A stretch of 64,000 nucleotides of DNA from Eledone cirrhosa (Eukaryota): contig OZ024764.1 of NCBI GenBank assembly GCA_964016885.1, forward strand, positions 2,604,001-2,668,000. The letters run 5' to 3'. Each line of letters begins with the position of its first letter. Position 1 is the stretch's first letter. Both the position numbers and the translations under genes were made by a program. Under the pieces are notes generated by a model, which ran no database searches, had not been told where the DNA came from, and saw nothing but the letters and a program-made list of their open reading frames with translations. Shown piece after piece: positions 25,056 through 37,000 of the stretch.

Positions 25056-25235
25056 AACGGTGGATTGGCAGTATCGGTGGAGGGCCGGACGCCATGCTTT
25101 CCAGCATAGTTACGTCCCTTTACGATCTGAGTTCAAATCCCGCCGAGGTTGACTTTGCCTTTCATCCTTACGGGGTCGATAAAATAACGTACCAGTAATA
25201 CACTGGGTAATTGTGCCTAAAGTAGAAACAATTAT
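25056..25235 (+). mobile_element. tRNA-derived Nin-like SINE, inverted relative to the adjacent trimer
   Basis: B-box GAGTTCAAATCC and core as at 14380. Confidence 0.82.
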
Positions 25236-25505
25236 TTATATAAAAAAAGAAAAAGAAAAAGACATAGAAACATATATATATATATATAAACAATAAAAAT
25301 GAAAATTGAAACAATGAAAAATTCCCCAACAGGGGCGAAACCTCCGAAGGTTACTCGTGGCGAAAACCACACAAAAGACCACGACCACCCTGACCACCAG
25401 GGCAAGCGCCCTCTCTCAATTTTTCCATTTCTCAAACTACAGGCGTATATTCAGAGCGGTCCCGTTCACTCGGACCATTCTCGCTACATTCACACACCCT
25501 TTCAT

Positions 25506-25541
<36 letters not shown>

Positions 25542-25914
25542 GAGAGACAGATAAATAGGCAGACACCAGACAGACAGACAGAGAGACAGGCAGACAGGGA
25601 GACAGACAGAGAGAGAGACAGACAGACAGACAGACAGGGAGATAGACAGACAGGGAGACAGACAGACAGAATCGGTGACAAAAACCTTTTTTTAAGCTGT
25701 ACTTACCAACACAACCAACAACTACCTACAGAGAGGAAAGATCTGATGATGGATTAGGGGTCATGTGTGTCTGGGTGGTCGTGGGGGGTGAGCTCGGTCC
25801 TCCAGTGTTGTTAAGAGAGCTGGAGGTAACGACTGTAACAGTGTTTTAGGAGGTAACATGTTCCTAGCATGTTACCACATGAATTGTTGGGGAGTCAGTG
25901 AGATATGTGAGTTA

Positions 25915-26482
25915 TGTGGTGGTGGGGTGTTGGTGGTAGTGGTGGTGAAGGTGGTGTTTGTGGTGGTAGTGGTGGTAGTGGTGGTGGTGGTGGTGGTGGT
26001 AGTGGTAGTGGTGGTAGTGGTGGTGGTGGTGGTGGTGGTAGTGGTAGTGGTGGTGGTGGTGGTAGTGGTGGTGGTGGTGGTAGTGGTGGTGAAGGTGGTG
26101 TTGGAGGAGGTGGTGGTGGTGGTGGTGGTGGTGGTGTTGGTGGTGGTGATGGTGTTAGTGTCGGAGGTGGCGGCGGTGGTGGTGGTGGTGGTGTGGGGGG
26201 TACTGGTGGGGGTTGGGGGTTGGAGTGGGGGGTGACGGTGTGGTGATGGTGGTGTGAAGGTGGTGGTGGTGGTGGAGGTGGTAGTCGTGGTGGTGGTGAT
26301 GGTGGTGGTGGTGGTGGTGTTGGAGGTGGTGATGTTAGCGGTGGTGGTGGTAGTGGTGGTGGTGGTGGTGTTGGTGGTGGTGATGTGTTGGCGGTGTTAT
26401 AATGATGGTGTTGTAGTGGTAGTGGTGGTGGTAGTGGTGATGTTGGAGGAGATGGTGTTGTTGTTGTGATGATGGTGGTGGT
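25915..26482. repeat. (GGT)n G-rich microsatellite
   Basis: Directly visible. Confidence 0.95.
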
Positions 26483-26639
26483 GTTTAGCCCTGAGTCAAT
26501 GGTGATCCAAACAGATCTATCAAAGTATGTACATATCAGAGGTTTTCAGTGGGCTCTACTGCCCTTGAGAAGGTCCAGAGATCACTGAGGCTAGGGGGAT
26601 GAGGGGTAGAGATGATATAAGAGCCTACAGTCTGACTTA

Positions 26640-27197
26640 AGCCAGAAGGCTCATTTAGCCGGTGCTTATCCCGGTTTCATGGTGTGAAGTGACAGAGAGT
26701 GCAAGACTTCCCCCCTGGACAGGACACCAGTCCATCGCAGGGTTAAACCCCCAGCTATTACTGGTACTTATCCCGGTTTCATGGCGTGAAATCAGTGAGA
26801 GTACAAGACTTCCCCCTGGACAGGACACCAGTCCATCACAGGGTTAAACCCCCAGCTATTACTGGTACTTATCCCGGTTTCATGGCGTGAAGTGACTGAG
26901 AGTACAAGACTCCCCCCTGGACAGGACACCAGTCCATCACAGGGTTAAACCCCCAGCTATTACTGGTACTTATCCCAGTTTCATGGCGTGAAGTGACTGA
27001 GAGTACAAGACTTCCCCCTGGACAGGACACGAGTCCATCACAGGGTTAAACCCCCAGCTATTACTGGTACTCATTTTCAGCTGAGTATACTGGAGCAACG
27101 TGAAATGAAGTGTTTTGCTCAAGAACATAACACACAACCCAAGAATCAAACCCACGACATTATGATTGTAAGTCCAACACCCTTACCACTAGGCCAC
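26640..27197 (-). mobile_element. tRNA-headed SINE (CORE-like and V-domain-like motifs) with a ~101-bp internal segment in 4 tandem copies (26665-27070)
   Basis: Minus strand: GTGGCCTAGTGGTAAGG A-box, GGGTTTGATTC B-box, CTTGAGCAAAACACTT, then repeated CCCTGTGATGGACTGGTGTCCTGTCCAGGGG. Confidence 0.75.
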
Positions 27198-27279
27198 ACA
27201 TCTCCACAAAGATGATATGATAATATATTAAATATCAAATTATATAGTAAAATAAAAAATATAATATATTTATTTATAC

Positions 27280-28068
27280 TAATGAAAGGCCGGTTATACG
27301 ATGCCTGTGTGAGATGCGCGATGCTGCATGGCAGTGAAACATGGGCAGCTCAATGTTCGTGAACGACCAAGCATAGATGAGTTGAGAGAGAAACTGTGTA
27401 TAAGAGGGATAAGTTGTGGTGTGGGAGAGAAGACTGAGATGGTATGGACATGTGATGAGTTGAGAGAGAAACTGTGTATAAGAGGGATAAGTTGTGGTGT
27501 GTGGGAGAGAAGACTGAGATGGTATGGACATATGATGAGTTGAGAGAGAAGCTGTGTATAAGAGGGATAAGTTGTAGTGTGTGGGAGAGAAGACTGAGAT
27601 GGTATGGACATGTGATGAGTTGAGAGAGAAACTGTGTATAAGAGGGATAAGTTGTAGTGTGTGGGAGAGAAGACTGAGATGGTATGGACATGTGATGTGT
27701 TGAGAGAGAAACTGTGTATAAGAGGAATAAGTTATAGTGTGTGGGAGAGAAGACTGAGATGGTATGGACATGTGATGTGTTGAGAGAGAAACTGTGTATA
27801 AGAGGGATAAGTTGTGGCGTGTGGGAGAGAAGACTGAGATGGTATGGACATGTGATGTGCATGGAGGATGACCACTGGGTAAAGAAGTACCAAGAAATGC
27901 CAGTTGAAGGAAGACACAGTTGAGGAAGACCACAAAAAACATGGGCGGAGGTGGTGAGAACAGACCTCAGATTGCTGAAGCTCACGGAGGAGATGACGAA
28001 GGACCGTGACGGGTGGAGAGATGCTGTGCTGAATAGGACCCGTCCCACTCTTGGAAGCAGGGAAAAAT
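27280..28068 (+). mobile_element. RTE-like LINE 3' end with an ~80-bp segment in 6 tandem copies (27378-27858)
   Basis: ELREKL.IRGI.CGV.ERRLRWYGHVM.MEDDHWVKK...VEG...GRP.KTW.EVV..DL..L.LTEEMT.DR..WR translation. Confidence 0.85.
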
Positions 28069-28459
28069 CATCATCATCATCATCATTTTACGTGGATGTA
28101 AAATGATGATGATGACATGGTACACCCTTGCCATTCTGAGTTCAAATCAAGCCGAGGTTAACTTTGCCTTTCATCCTTACGGGGGTTGATAAAATAAAGT
28201 ACCAGTAATACACTGGTGTCGATTTAATCAACTGCCCCCTTCTCAAAATTGTTGCCCTCGTGCCTCAATCAGAAATCATTTTGTTGTTGTTATTTTTGTT
28301 TGTTTGTTGCAGCAGGACCAGACCCAGATTCAAGAGGCACCAAAATCACTGACAGCAGAGTGTGCACCTTCAAAACCGCTGCGGGAGTACCAGTAATACA
28401 CTGGGGTTGTTGCTGGCCTTGAGCCAAAAATAGAAACCATTGTTTATTATATATACTGG

Positions 28460-30342
28460 TTGGATGTCCTTCCTAACACCAGCACCACTTTACAGCATGG
28501 ACTGGGTGCTTTTATTCGTGCCACCAGCACTAGAGAGGTTGTCTTACTGGACTCAGGGGCCCTCTCTACCCCTCCATTTTACAGCATGGACTGGGTGCTT
28601 TTATTTGTGCCACCAGTACTAGAGAGGTTGTCTTACTAGACTCAGGGGCCCTCTCTACCCTTCCATTTTACAGCATGGACTGGGTGCTTTTATTTGTGCC
28701 ACCAGTACTAGAGAGGTTGTCTTACTAGACTCAGGGGCCCTCTCTACCCTTCCATTTTACAGCATGGACTGGGTGCTTTTATTTGTGCCACCAGTACTAG
28801 AGAGGTTGTCTTACTAGACTCAGGGGCCCTCTCTACCCTTCCATTTTACAGCATGGACTGGGTGCTTTTATTCGTGCCATCAGTACTAGGGAAGTTGTCT
28901 TACTGAACTCAGGGGCCCTCTCTACCCCTCCATTTTACAGCATGGACTGGGTGCTTTAATTTGTGCCACCAGTACTAGAGAGGTTGTCTTACTAGACTCA
29001 GGGGCCCTCTCTACCCTTCCATTTTACAGCATGGACTGGGTGCTTTAATTTGTGCCACCAGTACTAGAGAGGTTGTCTTACTGGACTCAGGGGCCCTCTC
29101 TACCCTTCCATTTTACAGCATGGACTGGGTCCTTTTATTCGTGCCATCAGCACTAGGGAAGTTGTCTTACTGAACTCAGGGGCCCTCTCAACCCCTCCAT
29201 TTTACAGCATGGACTGGGTGCTTTAATTTGTGCCACCAGTACTAGAGAGGTTGTCTTACTGGACTCAGGGACCCTCTCTACCTCTCCATTTTACAGCATG
29301 GACTGGGTGCTTTAATTTGTGCCACCAGTACTAGAGAGGTTGTCTTACTGGACTCAGGGACCCTCTCTACCTCTCCATTTTACAGCATGGACTGGGTGCT
29401 TTTATTTGTGCCACCAGTACTAGGGAAGTTGTCTTACTGGACTCAGGGGCCCTCTCTACCTCTCCATTTTACAGCATGGACTGGGTGCTTTTATTTGTGC
29501 CACCAGTACTAGAGAGGTTGTCTTACTGGACTCAGGGGCCCTCTCTACCCCTCCATTTTACAGCATGGACTGGGTGCTTTTATTTGTGCCACCAGTACTA
29601 GAGAGGTTGTCTTACTAGACTCAGGGGCCCTCTCTACCCTTCCATTTTACAGCATGGACTGGGTGCTTTTATTTGTGCCACCAGTACTAGAGAGGTTGTC
29701 TTACTGGACTCAGGGGCCCTCTCTACCCTTCCATTTTACAGCATGGACTGGGTGCTTTTATTTGTGCCACCAGTACTAGAGAGGTTGTCTTACTGGACTC
29801 AGGGACCCTCTCTACCCTTCCATTTTACAGCATGGACTGGGTGCTTTTATTTGTGCCACCAGTACTAGAGAGGTTGTCTTACTGGACTCAGGGGCCCTCT
29901 CTACCCTTCCATTTTACAGCATGGACTGGGTGCTTTTATTTGTGCCACCAGTACTAGAGAGGTTGTCTTACTGGACTCAGGGACCCTCTCTACCCTTCCA
30001 TTTTACAGCATGGACTGGTGCTTTTATTTGTGCCACCAGTACTAGAGAGGTTGTCTTACTAGACTCAGGGGCCCTCTCTACCCTTCCATTTTACAGCATG
30101 GACTGGGTCCTTTTATTCGTGCCATCAGCACTAGGGAAGTTGTCTTACTGAACTCAGGGGCCCTCTCAACCCCTCCATTTTACAGCATGGACTGGGTGCT
30201 TTTATTTGTGCCACCAGTACTAGGGAAGTTGTCTTACTGGACTCAGGGGCCCCCTCCATTTTACAGCATGAACTGGGTGCTTTTATTCATGCCACCAGCA
30301 CTAGGGAAGTTGTCTTACTGGACTTAGGGGACTTCTCTACCC
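28460..30342 (-). repeat. 89-bp tandem array (~21 units) from the same SINE family, opposite orientation
   Basis: Unit contains TTTACAGCATGGACTGGGTGCTTTT (reverse complement of the AAAAGCACCCAGTCC...TGTAAA core); left flank TGGATGTCCTTCCTAACACC is the SINE core reversed. Confidence 0.9.
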
Positions 30343-30750
30343 TGTACCAATTTATTCGGAGTAGTAGCTCTATTAGACGGGTTGCCTACGTGACATGTGG
30401 AGAAATGCTGTGCTGAATAGGACCCGTCTCACCCTTGCAAGCATGGAAAAGCAGACATAAAATGATGATGATGATGATGATGATTGGGTGTAAGCAGGTC
30501 TCTCTGGAAATAGGGTTGGAGTGTGCTGAGGGTATTTTGTGGCCGTGAGAAGGGGTTTGGCCCCAAAGGTTTGTAAACCTCTGCTGAAATTGTCTGTCTC
30601 TCAGTTTGTCTTCACATCTTTTTGTCTATCTCTCTATCTATTTATCTATCTACATCAATGTAAAAGGTAAACAGAAATAACAACACAATCGGTACAGTAT
30701 AGGGAAGGAATATATTAGGTTAACGCTTGATATAGCAGGAAGAGGGTATT

Positions 30751-30778
30751 AACGTTTCGGACGCTAGTCCTTCATCAG
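30751..30778 (-). ncRNA. Minimal hammerhead ribozyme-like core (Penelope-type), stem I weak
   Basis: CTGATGA-A-GGAC tagc GTCC-GAAAC-GTT on the minus strand. Confidence 0.5.
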
Positions 30779-30944
30779 AAGAAAGAATGAGAAATAAGAT
30801 AGATTGAAGAGACGGGTGGGGTGGAATTGGAAAAAAATGTCTTTAGATAAAAATAACAGGTCCATTCATGTTGACATCTCTTGCAAAACTCCTGATCCAG
30901 CAGACCTATGATCAAAGATTTTCCAGCTCTAACTATCTTGTCTA

Positions 30945-31190
30945 ATATACAGACACAGTGTATCTAGGACTACATTATCTAATGTGTCCTGTCATATATA
31001 GACACGGTGTACCTAGGACTACACTATCTAATGTGTCCTGTCTTATATACAGACACAGTGTATCTAGGACTACATTATCTAATGTGTCCTGTCTTATATA
31101 GACACAGTTTACCTAGGACTACATTATCTAATGTGTCCTGTCTTATATACAGACACAGTGTACCTAGGACTACATTATCTAATATGTCCT
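30945..31190. repeat. ~50-bp minisatellite x5 (AGACACAGTGTATCTAGGACTACATTATCTAATGTGTCCTGTCTTATAT)
   Basis: Directly visible. Confidence 0.85.
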
Positions 31191-31659
31191 TTGCTGTTGT
31201 TTAACCCCAGGTCAGTCCAGAACAAGGCTGTAAACATGAGATTCACAGCAACAGGTAAACCCTTTAGGTACGTTAAACTAAAGGAGACCCCTATACGGTA
31301 GATAGACCTGTTAGAAACAGCAGCCAAATCTACCTCAAATTAAACCCTACAACTTTATATATATGTAAGTGTAGATAAATGTTAGAAATAGCAGCCATAT
31401 GTACCTCAAATCACATCCCATCTTTTAAAGGTATATACATACACACACACGTATATATATATATACATGTTGTGTATATATATGTGTGTGTTATGTATAT
31501 ACATATACACACATATATATATCTATACATATATATACACACACATATGTATATATATATATGTATTGGAATGTGTATTTAAAATACCGTAGCATTTAAA
31601 ACATTAACTGAATAAGTACTCAATACTGGCGTGTAGTGTGTAGAGATCTATTTTCCAAA

Positions 31660-31723
<64 letters not shown>

Positions 31724-32215
31724 TTTCACTATATGTATATATACATATATATATATAAGCAAAGGGATATAAGTATATATATATCTATATACACACGCAA
31801 ACGTACATACATACACGTATGTATGTATAGTTACATGCATATATATATATACATACATATACATGTACGTATATATAAACACACATACACGTGTATACAC
31901 TGTTACATGTATACATATATATATATATATATATACGTGTGTATGTTTACATTGTCTGTCTAATATGTAGCTGCGGAATACACAATACACACCAGTCAAC
32001 ACACAACACAACACACCAGTCAACACACAACATAACACACCAGTCAACACACAACACAACACAACAAAGTGTCAGATGAACTACTTGACAACTTGGCTGC
32101 TATTTCTAGCATAAACTGACGACCATGCAGAGGTTTTCTGGCTCAAATTTACTTTTTTTAAATCAATAAACTTCACAAAACTTGGAGGAAATATTAAATA
32201 AAAAGTTGTGATCAC

Positions 32216-32360
32216 CTTTGGACATTTTGTTTGTAAATCACTCACATATTATATATATTTATATATATTTACACATCAAACTCCGTTTGACGAAGTTTCG
32301 CCATTATGAACTGAGAGAGAAAAATAACAAAGTTGTGAGAGTCTCGCGTGAAGTTGAGAG
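32216..32360 (-). promoter_or_regulatory. Candidate promoter / first exon of the minus-strand gene
   Basis: Unique sequence with several CpGs, TCTCGCGTGA (one mismatch to the TCTCGCGAGA promoter motif), E2F-like TTTCGCC, then CAAAATGTCCAAAG|GTGATC on the minus strand. Motif-level evidence only. Confidence 0.3.
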
Positions 32361-32469
32361 ACTCTCGTCTAGAGTGGAGCTTGGAGTGAGGGTAGAGTGC
32401 CGGCTGGAGTGGATGGTGGAGTGGAGCTTGGAGTGGAGGGTGGAGTGAGAGGGATGAGTGACGGCTTGT

Positions 32470-32635
32470 TGTCTTTCTTCTTCTTCGTCTTCTTTCTTCT
32501 TTTTTTTGTCTTTTTTTCTTCTTTGTTTTCTTCGTCTGTTGCTGTTGTTTTCTTCTTTCTTTCTTTGTTTCTTCTTCGTCTACTTTGCTTTCTTCTTTCT
32601 TTTTTCTTCGTCTTTTTCTTCTTTGTTTTCTTCTT

Positions 32636-32665
<30 letters not shown>
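32470..32665. repeat. (TTC)n pyrimidine microsatellite
   Basis: Directly visible. Confidence 0.9.
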
Positions 32666-32666
<1 letters not shown>

Positions 32667-32667
32667 A

Positions 32668-34000
32668 ACTTAGCCCAGTAGACGTCCCTTCTCCCCCTGC
32701 TGACGTCAAGTCCCCCCAAAGCATTTGGGGTGCCATCCAGTGCAGCCTAGCCTCAGACAGACTCACGCGCCAGCTCGACCAGCACCCACCTTGCCTGTTT
32801 CCGTGCAGCTTCCAAACCCCACAGTGGTGCCTGGCTCCATGCCCTGCCCTAATTCTCCAGCTGGATAACAATAGCCTGCGCATCGGCATTTCCTTGAGGC
32901 TTGGACTCCGGATCTGTGAGCTACACAATTGTCGCTGTGGTTCCACCGTGGACCATTTTGGCCTCCACCTGTGGTCCTGTCACCACAGTGCCGACGGCCT
33001 TCCATGCCATACTGCACTCAATGAGGTCATAAGGCATGGATGCTGCAGTCTTCCCTTCCCAGCTCGAGCCAGTGGGGCTGGACCGAGGGGACGGCAAAAG
33101 GCCAGACGGTATGACCATCTTCCCACTCCGCAGTGGTAAATCCTTCATCTGGGATGCCACTTGCAGCGACCCTTTCTCCAGCCGCAACCTGGTGCAGTCT
33201 GCGACTAACCCAGGTTCTGCTGCACATCGGGCTGAGGAGGCCAAACTCTCCAAGTACCGGTCGCTCTCCGCCAGGTTTGCAGTCGTGCCCTTGGCAGTGG
33301 AGACTTCTGGTGTCCTTGGCCCTAGGGCTACCTCCCTACTTACCACCATAGGCTCTGAGCTGGCTACCCCTAACAGTGGAGACTTCTGGTGTCCTTTGCC
33401 CTAGGGCTACCTCCCTACTTACCACCATAGGCTCTGAGCTGGCTACCCCTAACAGTGGAGACTTCTGGTGTCCTTTGCCCTAGGGCTACCTCCCTACTTA
33501 CCACCATAGGCTCTGAGCTGGCTACCCCTAGCAGTGGAGACTTCTGGTGTCCTTGGCCCTAGGGCTACCTCCCTACTCCCCACCATAGGTACATACCTGG
33601 CTACCTGTAGCAGTGGACACTTCTGGTGTCCTTGGCCCTAGGGCTACCTCCCTACTCCCCACCATATGTACATACCTGGCTACCTGTAGCAGTGGACACT
33701 TCTGGTGTCCTTGGCCCTAGGGCTACCTCCCTACTTACCACCATAGGCACTGAGCTGGCCAGCCGCAGGTGTGAGCCTTGCGAGATGGAATGGCTCTTCC
33801 AGCACATCTCCCTTACCATCCTCTGGGGAAACACCTTCTCCATTCTGTCTGCCGGGGCTGTGGGGGAGGCCAGCACATGGGACCCCATTTGCTCACCATA
33901 CAGACTGAGGGGGCGGGCGAGAGAGATGGAGGCAAGGACAGTGGGGGTTCAGATCTTCCACATCGGACCATACCCTCTAACTCTATCTCTTTCTTATTAA
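32668..34000 (+). mobile_element. Degenerate CRE-like non-LTR retrotransposon C-terminus (zinc knuckle + restriction-like endonuclease) with a 79-bp segment in 6 tandem copies (33295-33765)
   Basis: LRLGL.IC..H.CRCG..VD..GLH..SC knuckle, H.ALNEVI, EP.GL.R.DGKRPDG.T..P...GK...WDATC (PD..D motif), P.AVET.G..G; frameshifted. Confidence 0.82.
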
Positions 34001-34011
34001 TTCTTTTTACA

Positions 34012-37000
34012 TTATAATAATAATAATGAAAATATTGTGTACAGTGCTCAGGTGCACTACAACTCATCAAAGGTGTATGTATAGTACATAGGGTAATGTA
34101 CAAACGTCAGGAAAATGAACAGTGCATGAGTCATGATATACACATGTGTGCATGTGTATGGAAGGGGTACATCAGGTGTAGTTTTGGCGAATTTCGGGAA
34201 GCATGAGGGTTTTAATGGATGCAGTGTCTCGACAGCTAACAACTGATGCAGGTAGTTTGTTCCATGGAGGTTTTAAAGGATGCAGTGTCTCGACTGATGC
34301 AGCTAGTTTGTTCCATAGAGGTTTGTTCCATGGAGGTTTTAAAGGATGCAGTGTCTCGACAGCTAACAACTGATGCTGGCAGTTTGTTCCATGGAGGTTT
34401 TAAAGGATGCAGTGTCTCGACAGCTAACAACTGATGCAGGTAGTTTGTTCCATGGAGGTTTTAATGGATGCAGTGTCACGACAGCTAACAACTGATGCAG
34501 GTAGTTTGTTCCATGGAGGTTTTAAAGGATGCAGTGTCTCGACAGCTAACAACTGATGGAGGTAGTTTGTTCCATGGAGGTTTTAAAGGATGCAGTGTCT
34601 CGACAGCTAACAACTGATGCAGGTAGTTTGTTCCATGGAGGTTTTAAAGGATGCAGTGTCTCGACAGCTAACAACTGATGGAGGTAGTTTGTTCCATGGA
34701 GGTTTTAAAGGATGCAGTGTCTCGACAGCTAACAACTGATGCAGGTAGTTTGTTCCATGGAGGTTTTAAAGGATGCAGTGTCTCGACAGCTAACAACTGA
34801 TGCAGCTAGTTTGTTCCATGGAAGTTGTAAAGGATGCAGTGTCTCGACAGCTAACAACTGATGCAGGTAGTTTGTTCCATGGAGGTTTTAATGGATGCAG
34901 TGTCTCGACAGCTAACAACTGATGCAGGTAGTTTGTTCCATGGAAGTTGTAAAGGATGCAGTGTCTCGACAGCTAACAACAGATGCAGGTAGTTTGTTCC
35001 ATGGAGGTTTTAATGGATGCAGTGTCTCGACAGCTAACAACTGATGCAGGTAGTTTGTTCCATGGAAGTTGTAAAGGATGCAGTGTCTCAACAGCTAACA
35101 ACTGATGCAGCTAGTTTGTTCCATAGAGGTTTGTTCCATGGAGGTTTTAAAGGATGCAGTGTCTCGACAGCTAACAACTGATGCAGCTAGTTTGTTCCAT
35201 GGAAGTTGTAAAGGATGCAGTGTCTCGACAGCTAACAGCTGATGCAGGTAGTTTGTTCCATGGAGGTTTTAATGGATGCAGTGTCTCGACAGCTAACAAC
35301 TGATGCAGGTAGTTTGTTCCATGGAGGTTTTAATGGATGCAGTGTCTCGACAGCTAACAACTGATGCAGGTAGTTTGTTCCATGGAAGTTGTAAAGGATG
35401 CAGTGTCGCAACAGCTAACAACTGATGCAGCTAGTTTGTTCCATAGAGGTTTGTTCCATGGAGGTTTTAAAGGATGCAGTGTCTCGACAGCTAACAACTG
35501 ATGCAGCTAGTTTGTTCCATGGAAGTTGTAAAGGATACAGTGTCTCGACAGCTAACAACTGATGCAGGTAGTTTGTTCCATGGAGGTTTTAATGGATGCA
35601 GTGTCTCGACAGCTAACAACTGATGCAGGTAGTTTGTTCCATGGAGGTTTTAATGGATGCAGTGTCTCGACAGCTAACAACTGATGCAGGTAGTTTGTTC
35701 CATGGAGGTTTTAATGGATGCAGTGTCTCGACAGCTAACAACTGATGCAGGTAGTTTGTTCCATGGAAGTTGTAAAGGATGCAGTGTCTCAACAGCTAAC
35801 AACTGATGCAGCTAGTTTGTTCCATAGAGGTTTGTTCCATGGAGGTTTTAAAGGATGCAGTGTCTCGACAACTAACAACTGATGCAGGTAGTTTGTTCCA
35901 TTGTTCCATGGAGGTTTTAAAGGATGCAGTGTCTCGACAGCTAACAACTGATGCAGGTAGTTTGTTCCATGGAGGTTTTAATGGGTGCAGTGTCTCGACA
36001 GCTAACAACTGATGCAGGTAGTTTGTTCCATGGAGGTTTTAATGGATGCAGTGTCTCGACAGCTAACAACTGATGCAGGTAGTTTGTTCCATGGAGGTTT
36101 TAATGGATGCAGTGTCTCGACAGCTAACAACTGATGCAGGTAGTTTGTTCCATGGAAGTTGTAAAGGATGCAGTGTCTCAACAGCTAACAACTGATGCAG
36201 CTAGTTTGTTCCATAGAGGTTTGTTCCATGGAGGTTTTAAAGGATGCAGTGTCTCGACAACTAACAACTGATGCAGGTAGTTTGTTCCATTGTTCCATGG
36301 AGGTTTTAAAGGATGCAGTGTCTCGACAGCTAACAACTGATGCAGGTAGTTTGTTCCATGGAAGTTGTAAAGGATGCAGTGTCTCAACAGCTAACAACTG
36401 ATGCAGCTAGTTTGTTCCATAGAGGTTTGTTCCATGGAGGTTTTAAAGGATGCAGTGTCTCGACAGCTAACAACTGATGCAGCTAGTTTGTTCCATGGAA
36501 GTTGTAAAGGATGCAGTGTCTCGACAGCTAACAACTGATGCAGGTAGTTTGTTCCATGGAGGTTTTAATGGATGCAGTGTCTCGACAGCTAACAACTGAT
36601 GCAGGTAGTTTGTTCCATGGAGGTTTTAATGGATGCAGTGTCTCGACAGCTAACAACTGATGCAGGTAGTTTGTTCCATGGAGGTTTTAATGGATGCAGT
36701 GTCTCGACAGCTAACAACTGATGCAGGTAGTTTGTTCCATGGAAGTTGTAAAGGATGCAGTGTCTCAACAGCTAACAACTGATGCAGCTAGTTTGTTCCA
36801 TAGAGGTTTGTTCCATGGAGGTTTTAAAGGATGCAGTGTCTCGACAACTAACAACTGATGCAGGTAGTTTGTTCCATTGTTCCATGGAGGTTTTAAAGGA
36901 TGCAGTGTCTCGACAGCTAACAACTGATGCAGGTAGTTTGTTCCATGGAGGTTTTAATGGATGCAGTGTCTCGACAGCTAACAACTGATGCAGGTAGTTT

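Noticed and set aside
25330-25372. Two small hairpins GGGGCGAAACCTCC and GTGGCGAAAACCAC
   Set aside because: Too short to distinguish from chance or a DNA-transposon subterminal remnant.
25858-26469. Poly-Val / poly-Gly ORFs
   Set aside because: (GGT)n microsatellite.
32269-32946. Arg/Lys-rich protamine-like ORF
   Set aside because: Antisense of the (TTC)n tract and of the CRE-like fragment.
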